Assembly (NCBI GenBank): GCA_963675595.2
Contig: CAXXLZ010000002.1
Location: 2,752,001 to 2,816,000, forward strand
Direction of reading: 5' to 3'
Length of the DNA: 64,000 nucleotides
Origin: Thermodesulfobacteriota bacterium
GTDB taxonomy: Bacteria; Desulfobacterota; Desulfarculia; JACQYL01
Shown: positions 46,920 through 56,924 of the stretch, one piece after another
Layout: each line of letters opens with the position of its first letter
Position numbering within the stretch: the first letter of the stretch is position 1
Made by a program: the position numbers and the translations under genes
Notes under the pieces: generated by a model
What the model was told of the DNA's origin: nothing
Databases searched by the model: none
The model's input: only the letters and a program-made list of their open reading frames with translations

Positions 46920-47662
46920 CAGACAGTCCCCCCGTGGTTCCAACAAATGAAGAACGGAAGCGGGCCCCCGGACTGAGCATATCCAGGGAAAAGCTGGAGA
47001 GACAGGCCCGAACGTTCAAAGAGTCGGCCGGAAACTACCTCTTGGGGGTCACGGGCGGCATCGCGTCCGGGAAAAGCACGGTTTGCTCCATGTTGGAGGC
47101 TCTCGGCTATCCCCTGGTGGATCTGGACGTTCTCGCCCGCAAGGTGGTCGAGCCGGGTAGATCGGCTTGGCGACAAATAGTCGAACGATTCGGCAAAGAA
47201 GTCTTGTTTCCCGATGAAACCCTCGACCGGAAGAAGCTGGCGGGGATCGTTTTCCGGAATCCCGCACTGAGAGACGTGCTTGAGGGATTCACCCATCCAC
47301 CCATCTTTGATGAGCTGTTCGACCAAATGCGACTCATTGCGGACCGCGATCCCGGGGCCGTGATCCAGGTAGCGGTTCCCCTCCTCGTGGAACTCGACTT
47401 GAAATTCCTGTTCCACGGCGTGCTGCTGGTTTACGTGCCGCGTGGAGTGCAGCTTAGTCGTCTCATGACCCGAGACGGCATCGACCGCGAAGCCGCGGAA
47501 GATCGTCTCCGCGCCCAACTCCCTCTCGACTCCAAAGTATCCTATGCGGATTTCGTCATCGACAACCAGGGCACCATGGAGGAAACCCGAAGACAGGTGG
47601 AGGCTCTGAGGCTTCGCCTGGACGGTATTCGAAGCGAGGGGACCCCGCAACCGCGGCCGTAA
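46916..47662 (+). CDS. coaE: Dephospho-CoA kinase
   Basis: GVTGGIASGKST, LDRKKLA, THPPI, VPLL, ADFVIDN. Confidence 0.92.
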   Translation: MTDSPPVVPTNEERKRAPGLSISREKLERQARTFKESAGNYLLGVTGGIASGKSTVCSMLEALGYPLVDLDVLARKVVEPGRSAWRQIVERFGKEVLFPDETLDRKKLAGIVFRNPALRDVLEGFTHPPIFDELFDQMRLIADRDPGAVIQVAVPLLVELDLKFLFHGVLLVYVPRGVQLSRLMTRDGIDREAAEDRLRAQLPLDSKVSYADFVIDNQGTMEETRRQVEALRLRLDGIRSEGTPQPRP

Positions 47663-47688
47663 AGGTTTAAACACGGAAGGGACGGACC

Positions 47689-48456
47689 ATGCGGGTCACC
47701 ATTCTGGGGTCGGGAACGGGACTGCCTTCGGCAAGAAGAGCGTCCCCCGGCATCTGGGTGCGGGCGGGGAGCCGAAACCTTCTGTTCGACTCAGGCCCGG
47801 GAGCCCTCACCCAACTCGCTCGAGCGGGTTTGTCCATTCATGAGCTCGATTTTCTCTGCTACACGCATTTTCATCCCGATCACACGCTCGACCTTCTGGC
47901 TTTTCTCTTCGCCTCCAGGAACCCGATGCAGCCGCCGAGGACACGACCCTTCACCATACTGGCCCCTTCGGGATTCTCCGTCTGGTACCGGAAGGCCGTG
48001 GACCTCTACGGGAACTGGGTGGAACCCCCGGAAGGAAGTATGAACGTCGTGGAACTCGCTCCGGAGCCCGGCAGATACCCCCTCACAGAGCGACTGCTGA
48101 TCGAGGCCCGGCCGGTGGAGCATACTCCCCACAGCCTGGGATTTCGTCTGGAGGAACGACCCGGAGGGATCATGGCCTACGGCGGCGACTCGGACGTATG
48201 CCCGGAGCTGGTGGAATTGGGACGAAACGCGGACATCTTCGTGCTGGAGTGCTCCATGCCCAACGAATGCAAAATCGCGGGCCATTTGACTCCGGAGCAG
48301 GCCGCCGTCACGGCGGCTCGTTCGGCTGCGCGGCGGCTCGTTCTCACGCACTTGTACCCGCCGTGCGACGAAGTCGACTTGAAGGCCCAGTGCGGAAACG
48401 GCTTCCCGGGGGAAATCATCGTGGGTGAGGACCTCATGAGCTTCGAAGTTCCGTGA
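47689..48456 (+). CDS. MBL-fold hydrolase, RNase Z-like
   Basis: ILGSG, FDSGPG, THFHPDH, GHLT, LTHLYP. Confidence 0.85.
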   Translation: MRVTILGSGTGLPSARRASPGIWVRAGSRNLLFDSGPGALTQLARAGLSIHELDFLCYTHFHPDHTLDLLAFLFASRNPMQPPRTRPFTILAPSGFSVWYRKAVDLYGNWVEPPEGSMNVVELAPEPGRYPLTERLLIEARPVEHTPHSLGFRLEERPGGIMAYGGDSDVCPELVELGRNADIFVLECSMPNECKIAGHLTPEQAAVTAARSAARRLVLTHLYPPCDEVDLKAQCGNGFPGEIIVGEDLMSFEVP

Positions 48457-48523
48457 TTTCTCAAGATTGGAAACTACTCCGGATTTTAGTTCGCAGACAG
48501 GATTTCCACGGAAGAAGTATGTT

Positions 48524-49453
48524 ATGAAACCGGAGTTACGTTATCGAGACCTCAACGGCTATCTCAGGGAACGTTTCGGATGCCGAGTACAAAAAGTGTC
48601 CTTGGATGCCGGATTCTCCTGTCCCAACCGGGACGGCGCCAAGGGGCGAGGGGGCTGCAGCTACTGCAATTCCAGGGGCTCGGGCACGGGAGCCTTCGCT
48701 CTGGAACCCGACGTTCGAACGCAATTAAAGAAAGGAATTGAATTCTACCGCCGAAGATACAAGGCGAAAAAGTTTCTTGCCTATTTTCAATCGTTTTCCA
48801 ACACTTACGCGGCGTTGGATCGGCTGGAACGGCTTTACACTTCGGTGCTCGAAGAACCCGACGTGGTGGGTCTGAGCGTTGGAACCCGACCGGACTGTGT
48901 CGAAGAGGAAAAATTGGACCTGCTGGCACGGATTGCGGAAACCAAAACGGTCTGGCTCGAACTGGGCCTACAAAGTGCTTCCGACGAAACTTTGCTGTGC
49001 ATAAACCGTGGACACACGGTGGCGGATTTCGCCGATGCCGTGCGGAACGCCCATGCACGGGGTCTGCCCGTATGCACGCACGTGATACTCGGTTTGCCCG
49101 GCGAGGAGCGGGAGCATGTATTGCGCACGGCCGAGTTCTGCGCGGACCTGAAAATCGAGGGGCTCAAGCTGCATCAATTATACGTGCTCCGGGGCACCGC
49201 CCTGGAACGGGATTATCTCGAAGGCCGGTACGAACCTTTGTCTCTGGAACAATACGCGGAATGGGCCGTGGAATTTCTGGAGTTCATTCCTCCTTGGACC
49301 GTGGTGCAAAGGCTCACCGGAGACCCCGACCGGAAGGAACTCGCCGCTCCGGCATGGGCGGTGGAGAAGAATCGTATCCGGAATGCGGTGTTCGAAGTTT
49401 TCGAAAAAAGAAATACTCGCCAAGGGGCGAAGTACGCATGCGCAAACAAATGA
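48524..49453 (+). CDS. TIGR01212/YhcC-family radical SAM protein
   Basis: FSCPNRDG...GGCSYC, YFQSFSNTY, GTRPDC, ELGLQS, INRGH. Confidence 0.9.
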   Translation: MKPELRYRDLNGYLRERFGCRVQKVSLDAGFSCPNRDGAKGRGGCSYCNSRGSGTGAFALEPDVRTQLKKGIEFYRRRYKAKKFLAYFQSFSNTYAALDRLERLYTSVLEEPDVVGLSVGTRPDCVEEEKLDLLARIAETKTVWLELGLQSASDETLLCINRGHTVADFADAVRNAHARGLPVCTHVILGLPGEEREHVLRTAEFCADLKIEGLKLHQLYVLRGTALERDYLEGRYEPLSLEQYAEWAVEFLEFIPPWTVVQRLTGDPDRKELAAPAWAVEKNRIRNAVFEVFEKRNTRQGAKYACANK

Positions 49454-49506
49454 ACGACGTCACGTCATATCGACGGTCCGGCAAGGGCCGTGAGAAGGCT
49501 TGATAG

Positions 49507-49857
49507 GTGAGGCGCACGGATCGGAGTTCGGATATGATACTGGATCGAGAGGGCGCGTTGAAACGCCTCGGCGATATGGAGCGGGTTCTGGAGAAATTGA
49601 CCTTGATCTTCATCGAGGAAGCGCCGAACCGAAAAGCAAACCTGGAAAACGCCATGGACACGGAGGATTGGGAAATCATGGCCCGCGAAGCGCATTCGCT
49701 GAAAAGCGGGGGGGCCACCATCGGCGCCGTATCCTTCGCGTCTTGGGCCAATACTTTGGAGAAGGCGGCACGGGCCCGAGACAGCCGTGCTTCGGGCGCC
49801 GCTTTGCCCCATGTCCTGGCGGAACTGGAATCTTTGGTGAGCATACTCTCTCCATAG
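49507..49857 (+). CDS. Stand-alone Hpt phosphotransfer protein
   Basis: AHSLKSGGATIGA motif. Confidence 0.85.
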   Translation: MRRTDRSSDMILDREGALKRLGDMERVLEKLTLIFIEEAPNRKANLENAMDTEDWEIMAREAHSLKSGGATIGAVSFASWANTLEKAARARDSRASGAALPHVLAELESLVSILSP

Positions 49858-50032
49858 ACGATGGAGAAGGGCCGGAGCCGGGCCGTAGAAGGACCCGGGA
49901 CGCCACAAGTGCCTACAGTGAAATCGGGATCGAAATGCAGTATACGATCCATAGACTCCGAAGTGATGCGGACATAAGATGGAATTCAGGTAAGAGAAAA
50001 TCTCCGCCTTATCCTCTTCCACTCACTCGCTT

Positions 50033-50072
50033 GAGGGGCGGGACTCGCGTGAAGTCCCGCCCCTCGTCTTTT
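50033..50072 (+). terminator. Rho-independent terminator
   Basis: gaggggcgggact-cgcgtga-agtcccgcccctc, 13-bp stem, then gtctttt. Confidence 0.75.
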
Positions 50073-50168
50073 CGGAAGCCCCTTCGCCCCATCCCGAAAC
50101 AAGAAAGATGATGCGACACCTTCCCTCAGCAAGGGGAGATACTCAAAAGGTCGACAACGAATGCAAGC

Positions 50169-51125
50169 CTAAGAAACCATTCGCCGATCGTGATGGCGGG
50201 ACAAGAAGAACGCCTTCATTTCCTGAAGAATGCTTTCCTCCTCTTGGGGATGAAGCCATTTGGCCTCCGCGACTCCCCCGAACCAGGTCAGCTGGCGTTT
50301 GGCGAAACGTCTGGTGTCCCTCTTCAGGAGCCTTGAAGTCTCCTCAAGGGAAAGCTCACCTCGAATGTAGCATGCCGCATGCCGGTATCCGATGGCCTGC
50401 ATGGGGCCGGGATCAGCGGAGTAGCCCATGTCCAGAAGACGCTTCACTTCCTGAATGAGGCCCGCCGCCAGCATCTCGTCCGTACGTCGGTCGATGCGAT
50501 GAAAGAGCTCTTCTCTGGGACGATTCAGCACCAGATACAGTACGTCCCATTCCCGGTTTCGAAACCCGTGTTCTTTGTGCGCTCGAGTGATGGAACTCCC
50601 CGTGAGTTCGAAAACCTCGACGGCGCGCACAATGCGAACCAAGTCGTTGGGATGGATTCGGGCCGCCGCCTCCGGATCCATGCGATTGAGTGCGGAGTGG
50701 AGAGCGGGGGAGCCCTCCTCCAGGGCTTGGGCCTTCAGACGGGCTCTCAGTTCGGGCGAGGACGGAGGCGACGGGAACAGGCCATGAAGCAGGGCCTTGA
50801 TATAAAGCCCCGTTCCGCCCACCACCAGGACGCGTTTCCCTCTCTGGAAGATACCGCTTACGGCCTCCGAGGCTTCTCTGCGGAACCGGGCCGCATCGTA
50901 GGGCTCGTCGGGGAAGACGACGTCGATGAGATGGTGGGGAACCCGACCTCTCTCTTCAGGCGTGGCCTTCGCGGTTCCGATGTCCATGAAACGATACACC
51001 TGCATCGAGTCCGCGTTAACAATCTCGGCGCCCAGTGTTTCAGCGGCCTTCAGGGATAGTCGGGTCTTACCGACGCCCGTGGGTCCCGTCATTACGACGA
51101 TCCGAGGTCGAGAGCGAGGTTCCAC
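50169..51125 (-). CDS. miaA: tRNA dimethylallyltransferase
   Basis: GPTGVGKT, ADSMQVY, DIGTAK, PHHLID, VGGTGLY, AKRQLTW; start estimated. Confidence 0.95.
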   Translation of the reverse strand: MEPRSRPRIVVMTGPTGVGKTRLSLKAAETLGAEIVNADSMQVYRFMDIGTAKATPEERGRVPHHLIDVVFPDEPYDAARFRREASEAVSGIFQRGKRVLVVGGTGLYIKALLHGLFPSPPSSPELRARLKAQALEEGSPALHSALNRMDPEAAARIHPNDLVRIVRAVEVFELTGSSITRAHKEHGFRNREWDVLYLVLNRPREELFHRIDRRTDEMLAAGLIQEVKRLLDMGYSADPGPMQAIGYRHAACYIRGELSLEETSRLLKRDTRRFAKRQLTWFGGVAEAKWLHPQEEESILQEMKAFFLSRHHDRRMVS

Positions 51126-51142
51126 AATCGTGCTTTCAGTAA

Positions 51143-52924
51143 TCAGGTTCGCTTGAGGTCGCGTAGGATTTCCGGATAGTCCACCCGTTTCCACACCGGA
51201 CGGCCGTGTGGACAATGGTGCGGGCCTTTGAGAGCCATGAGGTCTTCCACCAACGCCTCCATCTCGAGTTGATTCAGTGCCCTACCCGACCGGACGGAAC
51301 CGTGACAAGCCATGGAGGCCAACACGTGTTCCATGGCGGAGCCCCCTTCCCTCCTTTGAGAGGGTCCTTCGATGCGCGCCAGAACGTCCCTCACCACCAC
51401 GGTCGCTTCAAGCCCCGCACAAACGGCGGGAATCGTGCGGACTAGATAGGTGGTTTCTCCGAAAGGCTCCAACTCGATGCCCGCCGCACCGAGCTCTTCC
51501 CGCAGGTCTTTCAAAACGAGTGATTCCCGAGGAGTCAGATCGAGAATCGCGGGAGAGACGAGGGCTTGTCGCGGCACGGGGCCTTGGGCGAGAGAATTTT
51601 TTAGCCGATGGTATACGATCCGTTCATGAGCGGCATGCTGGTCCACGATGAGAAGCCCTTCGTCCGTCTCCAAGAGGATGTAACTCTTGCCGAGCTGTCC
51701 GATGACTTTGAGCAAAGGCGCGGGCTCCATGGACGGAAGCCGCAGCTGTTCGACCGACTCCTCCGGCTGTGCCGGTACAGGGCTCGCCGCCGGTTCCCGA
51801 ACCTCGTGTCGCCTTCCCTCAATTGGCCTTGCCGGGACCGCGGCGAAGCGCGGCATTCCGTCGCCGGGCCTCCGCCCCCAATCCGGAGCGCGCCCGGTGG
51901 AGGAACGGCTTCGGGTCGCGGCGATTCCGTCCGGAGTTTCCGATGCAAGCCCCCCTTCCACCGCTCGAACCACCAGGTCGTAAAGCTTCGACGGGGACCT
52001 GAACCGCACTTCGGCCTTGGCGGGGTGCACGTTCACATCCACTTCGGCGGGATCCGTTTCCAGAAGAAGCACGGCCAGGGGATAAGCGCCTTTGGAGAGA
52101 AACGGCCGGTAGGCGTCAAGCACGGCTTTGTGAATCAAGCGATCCTTGACGGGCCTGCCGTTGACATAGACATAAAGATGCCGTGGAGCGGTTCGGGATA
52201 TTTCGGGCGGAGCCAGAAGCCCCGAGACTCTGGGAAGGCCGGCTCCGGACGAGAAGTCGAGCGTCCGGCCCGCTATGGCCCGCCCCCACAAAAACACCAA
52301 CCGGTCGCGAAGAGTCGTCCCTTTGGGAAACTCCATCGCTTTCTTGCCGTCCACTCGAAGTTCGAAACGGATGTCGGGGCAAGCCAGGGCGGTGCGGATG
52401 AAACCGTCCGCCACGTGCTGCATCTCCGTGGAAACGCTTTTTAGAAACTTGAGCCTGACCGGGGTATTATAAAAGAGTCGGGAGGCGGATATGCGTGTCC
52501 CCACGGGCATGGCGATCTCTTCCACGTTGCGGACCGTTCCGCCCTCCACCAGAATGCGCTGGCCCGTTTCCCGGTCCGCGACGCGGCTCTCCAATGTCAA
52601 ACGGCTCACCGAGGCAATGCTGGGCAAAGCCTCGCCTCTGAACCCCAACGACCGAACGGCGAACAGGTCTTCCTCGCGGATCAGCTTGCTCGTGGCATGC
52701 CGTTCTATGGCCAGAAGCATGTCGTCGGGCTCCATGCCGCAGCCGTTGTCCACCAGAGTAATGTTCTTACGCCCGCCCCCTTCCACCGCCGCGAAGATCC
52801 GGTCGGCGCCGGCGTCCACCGCGTTTTCCAGGAGTTCCTTCAGCACGGAAGCGGGCCGTTCCACCACTTCCCCGGCGGCGATCTTGTTGGCCAGAATGTC
52901 GGGCAAGAGCTTGATTTTGGGCAT
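51143..52924 (-). CDS. mutL: DNA mismatch repair endonuclease
   Basis: IAAGEVVERPAS, HATSK, GFRGEAL, DVNVHPAK, DQHAAHER, ACH, CPHGRP. Confidence 0.97.
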   Translation of the reverse strand: MPKIKLLPDILANKIAAGEVVERPASVLKELLENAVDAGADRIFAAVEGGGRKNITLVDNGCGMEPDDMLLAIERHATSKLIREEDLFAVRSLGFRGEALPSIASVSRLTLESRVADRETGQRILVEGGTVRNVEEIAMPVGTRISASRLFYNTPVRLKFLKSVSTEMQHVADGFIRTALACPDIRFELRVDGKKAMEFPKGTTLRDRLVFLWGRAIAGRTLDFSSGAGLPRVSGLLAPPEISRTAPRHLYVYVNGRPVKDRLIHKAVLDAYRPFLSKGAYPLAVLLLETDPAEVDVNVHPAKAEVRFRSPSKLYDLVVRAVEGGLASETPDGIAATRSRSSTGRAPDWGRRPGDGMPRFAAVPARPIEGRRHEVREPAASPVPAQPEESVEQLRLPSMEPAPLLKVIGQLGKSYILLETDEGLLIVDQHAAHERIVYHRLKNSLAQGPVPRQALVSPAILDLTPRESLVLKDLREELGAAGIELEPFGETTYLVRTIPAVCAGLEATVVVRDVLARIEGPSQRREGGSAMEHVLASMACHGSVRSGRALNQLEMEALVEDLMALKGPHHCPHGRPVWKRVDYPEILRDLKRT

Positions 52925-53101
52925 GAGCGACTCCGGCTGTCGACGGGTCAAGGATTGTCAAAGAGTCGGCGGATATGATAGGGTTGCAATCTAGGGAGGG
53001 CCTTAGCAGGGTTCTTCTTAACATCGAGGACCCCCGCCGAACCGCCGATCGCCTTCTTCCAAACCTCGGCGGGGGTCTTTGTCGAACGTCGGGGGTCAAC
53101 T

Positions 53102-53278
53102 ATGGATCGTAGCATGGACCAGCGCGAAGAGTCCGTTCTGAAAGCCACAAAGGAAATCGTCGTCAAGTTCATCGAAACCGGACGACTCAGCCTCAGTTCC
53201 TTCGAGGAAGCCTATGTGTTGGTGAGCCGGGTCGTTCGGGAAAACATTCGGACCCCGGAAGAGCCTTCCGAAGAATAG
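53102..53278 (+). CDS. Small hypothetical protein (58 aa)
   Basis: MDRSMDQREESVLKATKEIVVKFIETGRLSLSSFEEAY...; SD ggggg; fills the gap between mutL and the nucleotidyltransferase. Confidence 0.7.
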   Translation: MDRSMDQREESVLKATKEIVVKFIETGRLSLSSFEEAYVLVSRVVRENIRTPEEPSEE

Positions 53279-53343
53279 TCCCCCCGGCCGCTTCCTCGCC
53301 GCCTACATCCTCCCCCGATCGTTCACGCCCATTGGTCGGCTCC

Positions 53344-54072
53344 TCAGCACTTGTTGGCGCCGGTCTGAGCCACCAGACTGCTCGCCCGGAGCAGGGAGTC
53401 AAACGTACCCGCGTCGGTCCACCACCCTTCGAGCATGCTCCAGGTCATGGTCCCCTGCTCAATATACGCGTTGTTTACGTCGGTGATCTCCAATTCCCCT
53501 CTGGCGGAAGGTTTGAGAGTCTGGATAATCTCGAACACAGAGGGGTCGTACATATAGATTCCCACCACGGCGTAGGAGGAAGGCGGGTTGACGGGCTTCT
53601 CGATGATCTTCACGACCCGGTTCCCATCCACGATGGGAACGCCGAACCGGTGAGGATCGGGCACTTCTTTGAGCAGAATCTTGGCGCCGGTCTTCTGCCT
53701 CTTGAATTCCTCCACCGCCCCAATGATGTTATTCTCGATGATGTTGTCGCCCAAGACCACACAGATTTGTTGGTTGTCCGCGAAGTATTCGGCCACTCGT
53801 AATGCGTCGGCGATACCGCCTTCTCCCTCCTGGTAAGCGTAATTCAGGTGTTTCAGGCCGAAATCCCGGCCGTTGGCCAGCAACTTGAGGAAATCACCGG
53901 CATTGTTCCCGCCCGTGACGATGGTAATGTCGTCGATCCCCGCATTCACCAAGGTCTGAAGCGGGTAAAAAATCATGGGCTTGTCGTACACGGGAAGCAG
54001 ATGCTTGTTGGTGATACGGGTGAGCGGATACAACCGGGTCCCCAATCCGCCTGCCAGAATAATGCCTTTCAT
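53344..54072 (-). CDS. Glucose-1-phosphate thymidylyltransferase-like sugar nucleotidyltransferase (short SpsI/RfbA type)
   Basis: GIILAGGLGTRLYP, KHLLPVYDKPMI, LGDN, EKP, RGELEITD. Confidence 0.9.
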   Translation of the reverse strand: MKGIILAGGLGTRLYPLTRITNKHLLPVYDKPMIFYPLQTLVNAGIDDITIVTGGNNAGDFLKLLANGRDFGLKHLNYAYQEGEGGIADALRVAEYFADNQQICVVLGDNIIENNIIGAVEEFKRQKTGAKILLKEVPDPHRFGVPIVDGNRVVKIIEKPVNPPSSYAVVGIYMYDPSVFEIIQTLKPSARGELEITDVNNAYIEQGTMTWSMLEGWWTDAGTFDSLLRASSLVAQTGANKC

Positions 54073-54851
54073 GCATGCTCCTTTTTCATTGTGTCCGGTC
54101 CGGGGTAACGGACCTCCACCAGATAAAGACCATGGGCCGGCGCTTTGGGGCCGGCGAGACGGCGGTCTTTCGATTCCAGAATGCTCCGAACGGCGTTGGA
54201 GTCCATCTTATTCCTACCCACCTCCACCAAGGTGCCCACCAGGTTTCGGACCATGTGCCTCAGGAACCCGTTCGCGGAAACGGCGATCCGGATCATCCCG
54301 GGTTCCGTTTCCAGGATCGAAAATTGTGTGATGGTACGCACCGGGTTCAAATCGTCCCCCCCCGAAGACCGGAAAGAGGAAAAATCCAACGTGCCGGTAA
54401 GCAGGGGAAGACACCGCCGCATGCCCTCCGTGTCAAGGGGACGGCCTACGTGCCAAGCCCGCCGCAGCAAAAGCGCCGAACGGTAAGGCTTGTTCCATAT
54501 CAGGTAGTGATACGTCTTGGAGACACTCGAAAAGCGGGCATGAAACTCCGCGGGCGCGTCCTCCGCGCCTACCACGGCAATATCCCGCGGCAGCAGGGCG
54601 TTGAGCGCGTTTTGAAACACACCCGCCGGATACTCGGCATCGGTGTGGAAATGGGCCACCTGCCCCCAGGCATGGACACCGGCATCGGTTCTCCCCGACG
54701 CGTAAACCGTGACCGCCGCCCCGAGCATCCGGCCTAGAGCATCCTCCAAGACCCCCTGGATGGTCAAAGCGTCGGCCTGTCTCTGCCATCCCGCGTACGC
54801 GCCCCCGTCGTATTCGAGCACCAGCTTGATGGTTCTTTGCGCGCGTACCAC
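54069..54851 (-). CDS. truA: tRNA pseudouridine(38-40) synthase
   Basis: YDG..YAGWQRQ, SGRTDAGVHA, FHARF, FLRHMVR, APAHGL. Confidence 0.97.
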   Translation of the reverse strand: MVRAQRTIKLVLEYDGGAYAGWQRQADALTIQGVLEDALGRMLGAAVTVYASGRTDAGVHAWGQVAHFHTDAEYPAGVFQNALNALLPRDIAVVGAEDAPAEFHARFSSVSKTYHYLIWNKPYRSALLLRRAWHVGRPLDTEGMRRCLPLLTGTLDFSSFRSSGGDDLNPVRTITQFSILETEPGMIRIAVSANGFLRHMVRNLVGTLVEVGRNKMDSNAVRSILESKDRRLAGPKAPAHGLYLVEVRYPGPDTMKKEHA

Positions 54852-54867
54852 GAAAGGAAACCTTCCG

Positions 54868-55905
54868 TCAAGGGAACACGGGCACCAGTCTCAGCCCTGC
54901 GGTTTCTTCCAAGCCGAGCATAAGATTCATATTTTGGACGGCCTGCCCGGAAGCGCCTTTGACCAGATTGTCGATGGCGGAAACCACGACGACACGACCG
55001 GTCCGTCCATCCACTCTGAGCCCCAAGTCGCAGAAATTGGACCCCGTCACATTCGAGGTGGCGGGAAAGGACTCGGGAGGCAGCACCCGAATGAAAGGTT
55101 CGTCGCGATAAAACGCTTCCATTTCCTCCAACAGACCTTCCGTGGTCGGGTCACCCAAAATGCGGGCATAGACCGTTGTCAGGATTCCCCGATTCATGGG
55201 CGTCAAGTGGGGAGTGAAGGTTATGGTCACCGGTGCGCCCGCGACAAAAGAAAGCTCCTGTTCGATCTCGGGAGTGTGCCGGTGTTGGCCCACTTTGTAG
55301 GCCTTGAAGGACTCGTTCACTTCGCAGAAAACGGTGCCCTGGGCGGGAGCCCGGCCTGCGCCGCTGGCGCCGCTCTTCGAATCCACGATGATCGTGGATA
55401 CATCCACTCGGCGGTTCTTGAGCAAAGGGGCCAGGGCCAGTATGGCGCTGGTGGGATAGCAACCGGGATTTCCCACCAACTGAGCCGAACGCACGTCTTC
55501 CTTATGAAGTTCCGGTAGTCCGTAAACGGCCTGCGCCAGGAGTTCGGGTGAACTGTGGGTATGATACCATTCCGCGTAGACACCGGCGTTGCGGAAGCGA
55601 AAATCCGCGCTCAAGTCCACGACCTTAAGCCCCTCCGCCAGCAGCTTGGGAACGAATTCCATGGCGGTTTCGTGCGGAAGGGCCGTGAACGCCGTGCTCG
55701 CCTTGGCAGCCACGGACTTGGGGTCGGGCGCCTCGAAGGTAAGATCGGTGAATCCTCCCAAAGACGGGAAGACTCGGGAAACCTTTTTCCCCGCATACTG
55801 GCGACTGGTCACACAAGCGACATGCAACTCGGGATGGTGGGCGAGCAGTCGGATGAGCTCGATTCCGGTGTACCCCGAAGCGCCGATGATTGCGGTCTCG
55901 GTCAT
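54868..55905 (-). CDS. argC: N-acetyl-gamma-glutamyl-phosphate reductase
   Basis: GASGYTG, DLSADFR, GNPGCYPT, HRHTPEI, DNLVKGASGQA. Confidence 0.97.
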   Translation of the reverse strand: MTETAIIGASGYTGIELIRLLAHHPELHVACVTSRQYAGKKVSRVFPSLGGFTDLTFEAPDPKSVAAKASTAFTALPHETAMEFVPKLLAEGLKVVDLSADFRFRNAGVYAEWYHTHSSPELLAQAVYGLPELHKEDVRSAQLVGNPGCYPTSAILALAPLLKNRRVDVSTIIVDSKSGASGAGRAPAQGTVFCEVNESFKAYKVGQHRHTPEIEQELSFVAGAPVTITFTPHLTPMNRGILTTVYARILGDPTTEGLLEEMEAFYRDEPFIRVLPPESFPATSNVTGSNFCDLGLRVDGRTGRVVVVSAIDNLVKGASGQAVQNMNLMLGLEETAGLRLVPVFP

Positions 55906-55934
55906 GGCAAGGACCTCCGGTGCAAGGGTTCATG

Positions 55935-55967
55935 AAAAAAGGGAGGGGCTGCGCACCCTCCCTTTTC
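55935..55967 (-). terminator. Rho-independent terminator after rpsI
   Basis: Minus strand aaaagggaggg-tgcgcagc-ccctccctttttt. Confidence 0.8.
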
Positions 55968-55993
55968 CAATCGATTACCGAAAATGGTATGGA

Positions 55994-56389
55994 TCAGCGT
56001 TTGGAATACTGGTACCTGGCTCGCGCACCCCTGAGTCCGTATTTCTTTCTTTCCTTCACGCGGTCGTCGCGCGTGAGAAAACCGGCGCGCTTCAGCACCG
56101 TGCGGAACTCGGGATTGACCTGGAGCAGGGCCTTGCTGATTCCATGTTTCACGGCGCCCGCCTGACCGGAGATGCCCCCTCCCCTCGCAGTGACCACCAC
56201 GTCGTATTTGTTCAGGGTACTGGTGATCTGGAAGGGTTGACGAACCACCATGCAGGCGGTTTCCCGGCCGAAATACTCTTCCATGGAGCGATTATTGATG
56301 AGTATTCTCCCGGTGCCGGGTTTCAGCCAAGTTCTGGCGATGGCTGATTTCCTTTTCCCAGTGGCGTAGATGGTCTGCTGTGCGGCCAA
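55994..56389 (-). CDS. rpsI: 30S ribosomal protein S9
   Basis: [33 protein letters not shown]; TTG start. Confidence 0.98.
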   Translation of the reverse strand: MAAQQTIYATGKRKSAIARTWLKPGTGRILINNRSMEEYFGRETACMVVRQPFQITSTLNKYDVVVTARGGGISGQAGAVKHGISKALLQVNPEFRTVLKRAGFLTRDDRVKERKKYGLRGARARYQYSKR

Positions 56390-56399
56390 GAGCCTCTCC

Positions 56400-56831
56400 T
56401 CAGTGTAATTGCAACGTTTTGGGTTGCTGGGCTTGGTGGGGGTGTTCGGGGCCCGCGTACACCTTGAGCTTCTTCAGCATGCTGCGCCCCAAAGGATTCT
56501 TGGGAAGCATGCCTCGAACGGCAAACACAACGATGCGCTCGGGATGCTTCTTGAGCATATCTTTGGCTCCGGTGGCCTTGATGCCCCCCAAGTAGCCGGA
56601 ATGGCGGTAATAGGTCTTCTGATCCCACTTGCGGCCGGTCAGGCGGATCTTTTCAGCGTTGACCACCACAATGAAGTCACCCGTATCCATGTGCGGCGTG
56701 TAGGTGGGCTTGTTCTTCCCTCGAAGGCAAAGGGCGATGCGGCTGGCCATACGGCCCAAGGTCTGTCCCTCGGCGTCCACAACATACCAGTCACGCTTTA
56801 TGTCATCCCGTTTTGCGGAGTAGGTCTTCAT
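56400..56831 (-). CDS. rplM: 50S ribosomal protein L13
   Basis: [40 protein letters not shown]. Confidence 0.98.
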   Translation of the reverse strand: MKTYSAKRDDIKRDWYVVDAEGQTLGRMASRIALCLRGKNKPTYTPHMDTGDFIVVVNAEKIRLTGRKWDQKTYYRHSGYLGGIKATGAKDMLKKHPERIVVFAVRGMLPKNPLGRSMLKKLKVYAGPEHPHQAQQPKTLQLH

Positions 56832-56866
56832 AAATAAGGCACTCCCAGTGAAAAAATGAAGTTTTC

Positions 56867-56895
56867 TTTATAGGGAGTTCTCCGAGACGTGTCAA
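56867..56895 (-). promoter_or_regulatory. sigma70 promoter of rplM-rpsI
   Basis: TTGACA-17 nt-TATAAA on the minus strand. Confidence 0.85.
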
Positions 56896-56924
56896 GGAAA
56901 AATATCCAAAAAGTGGATCGCGTT

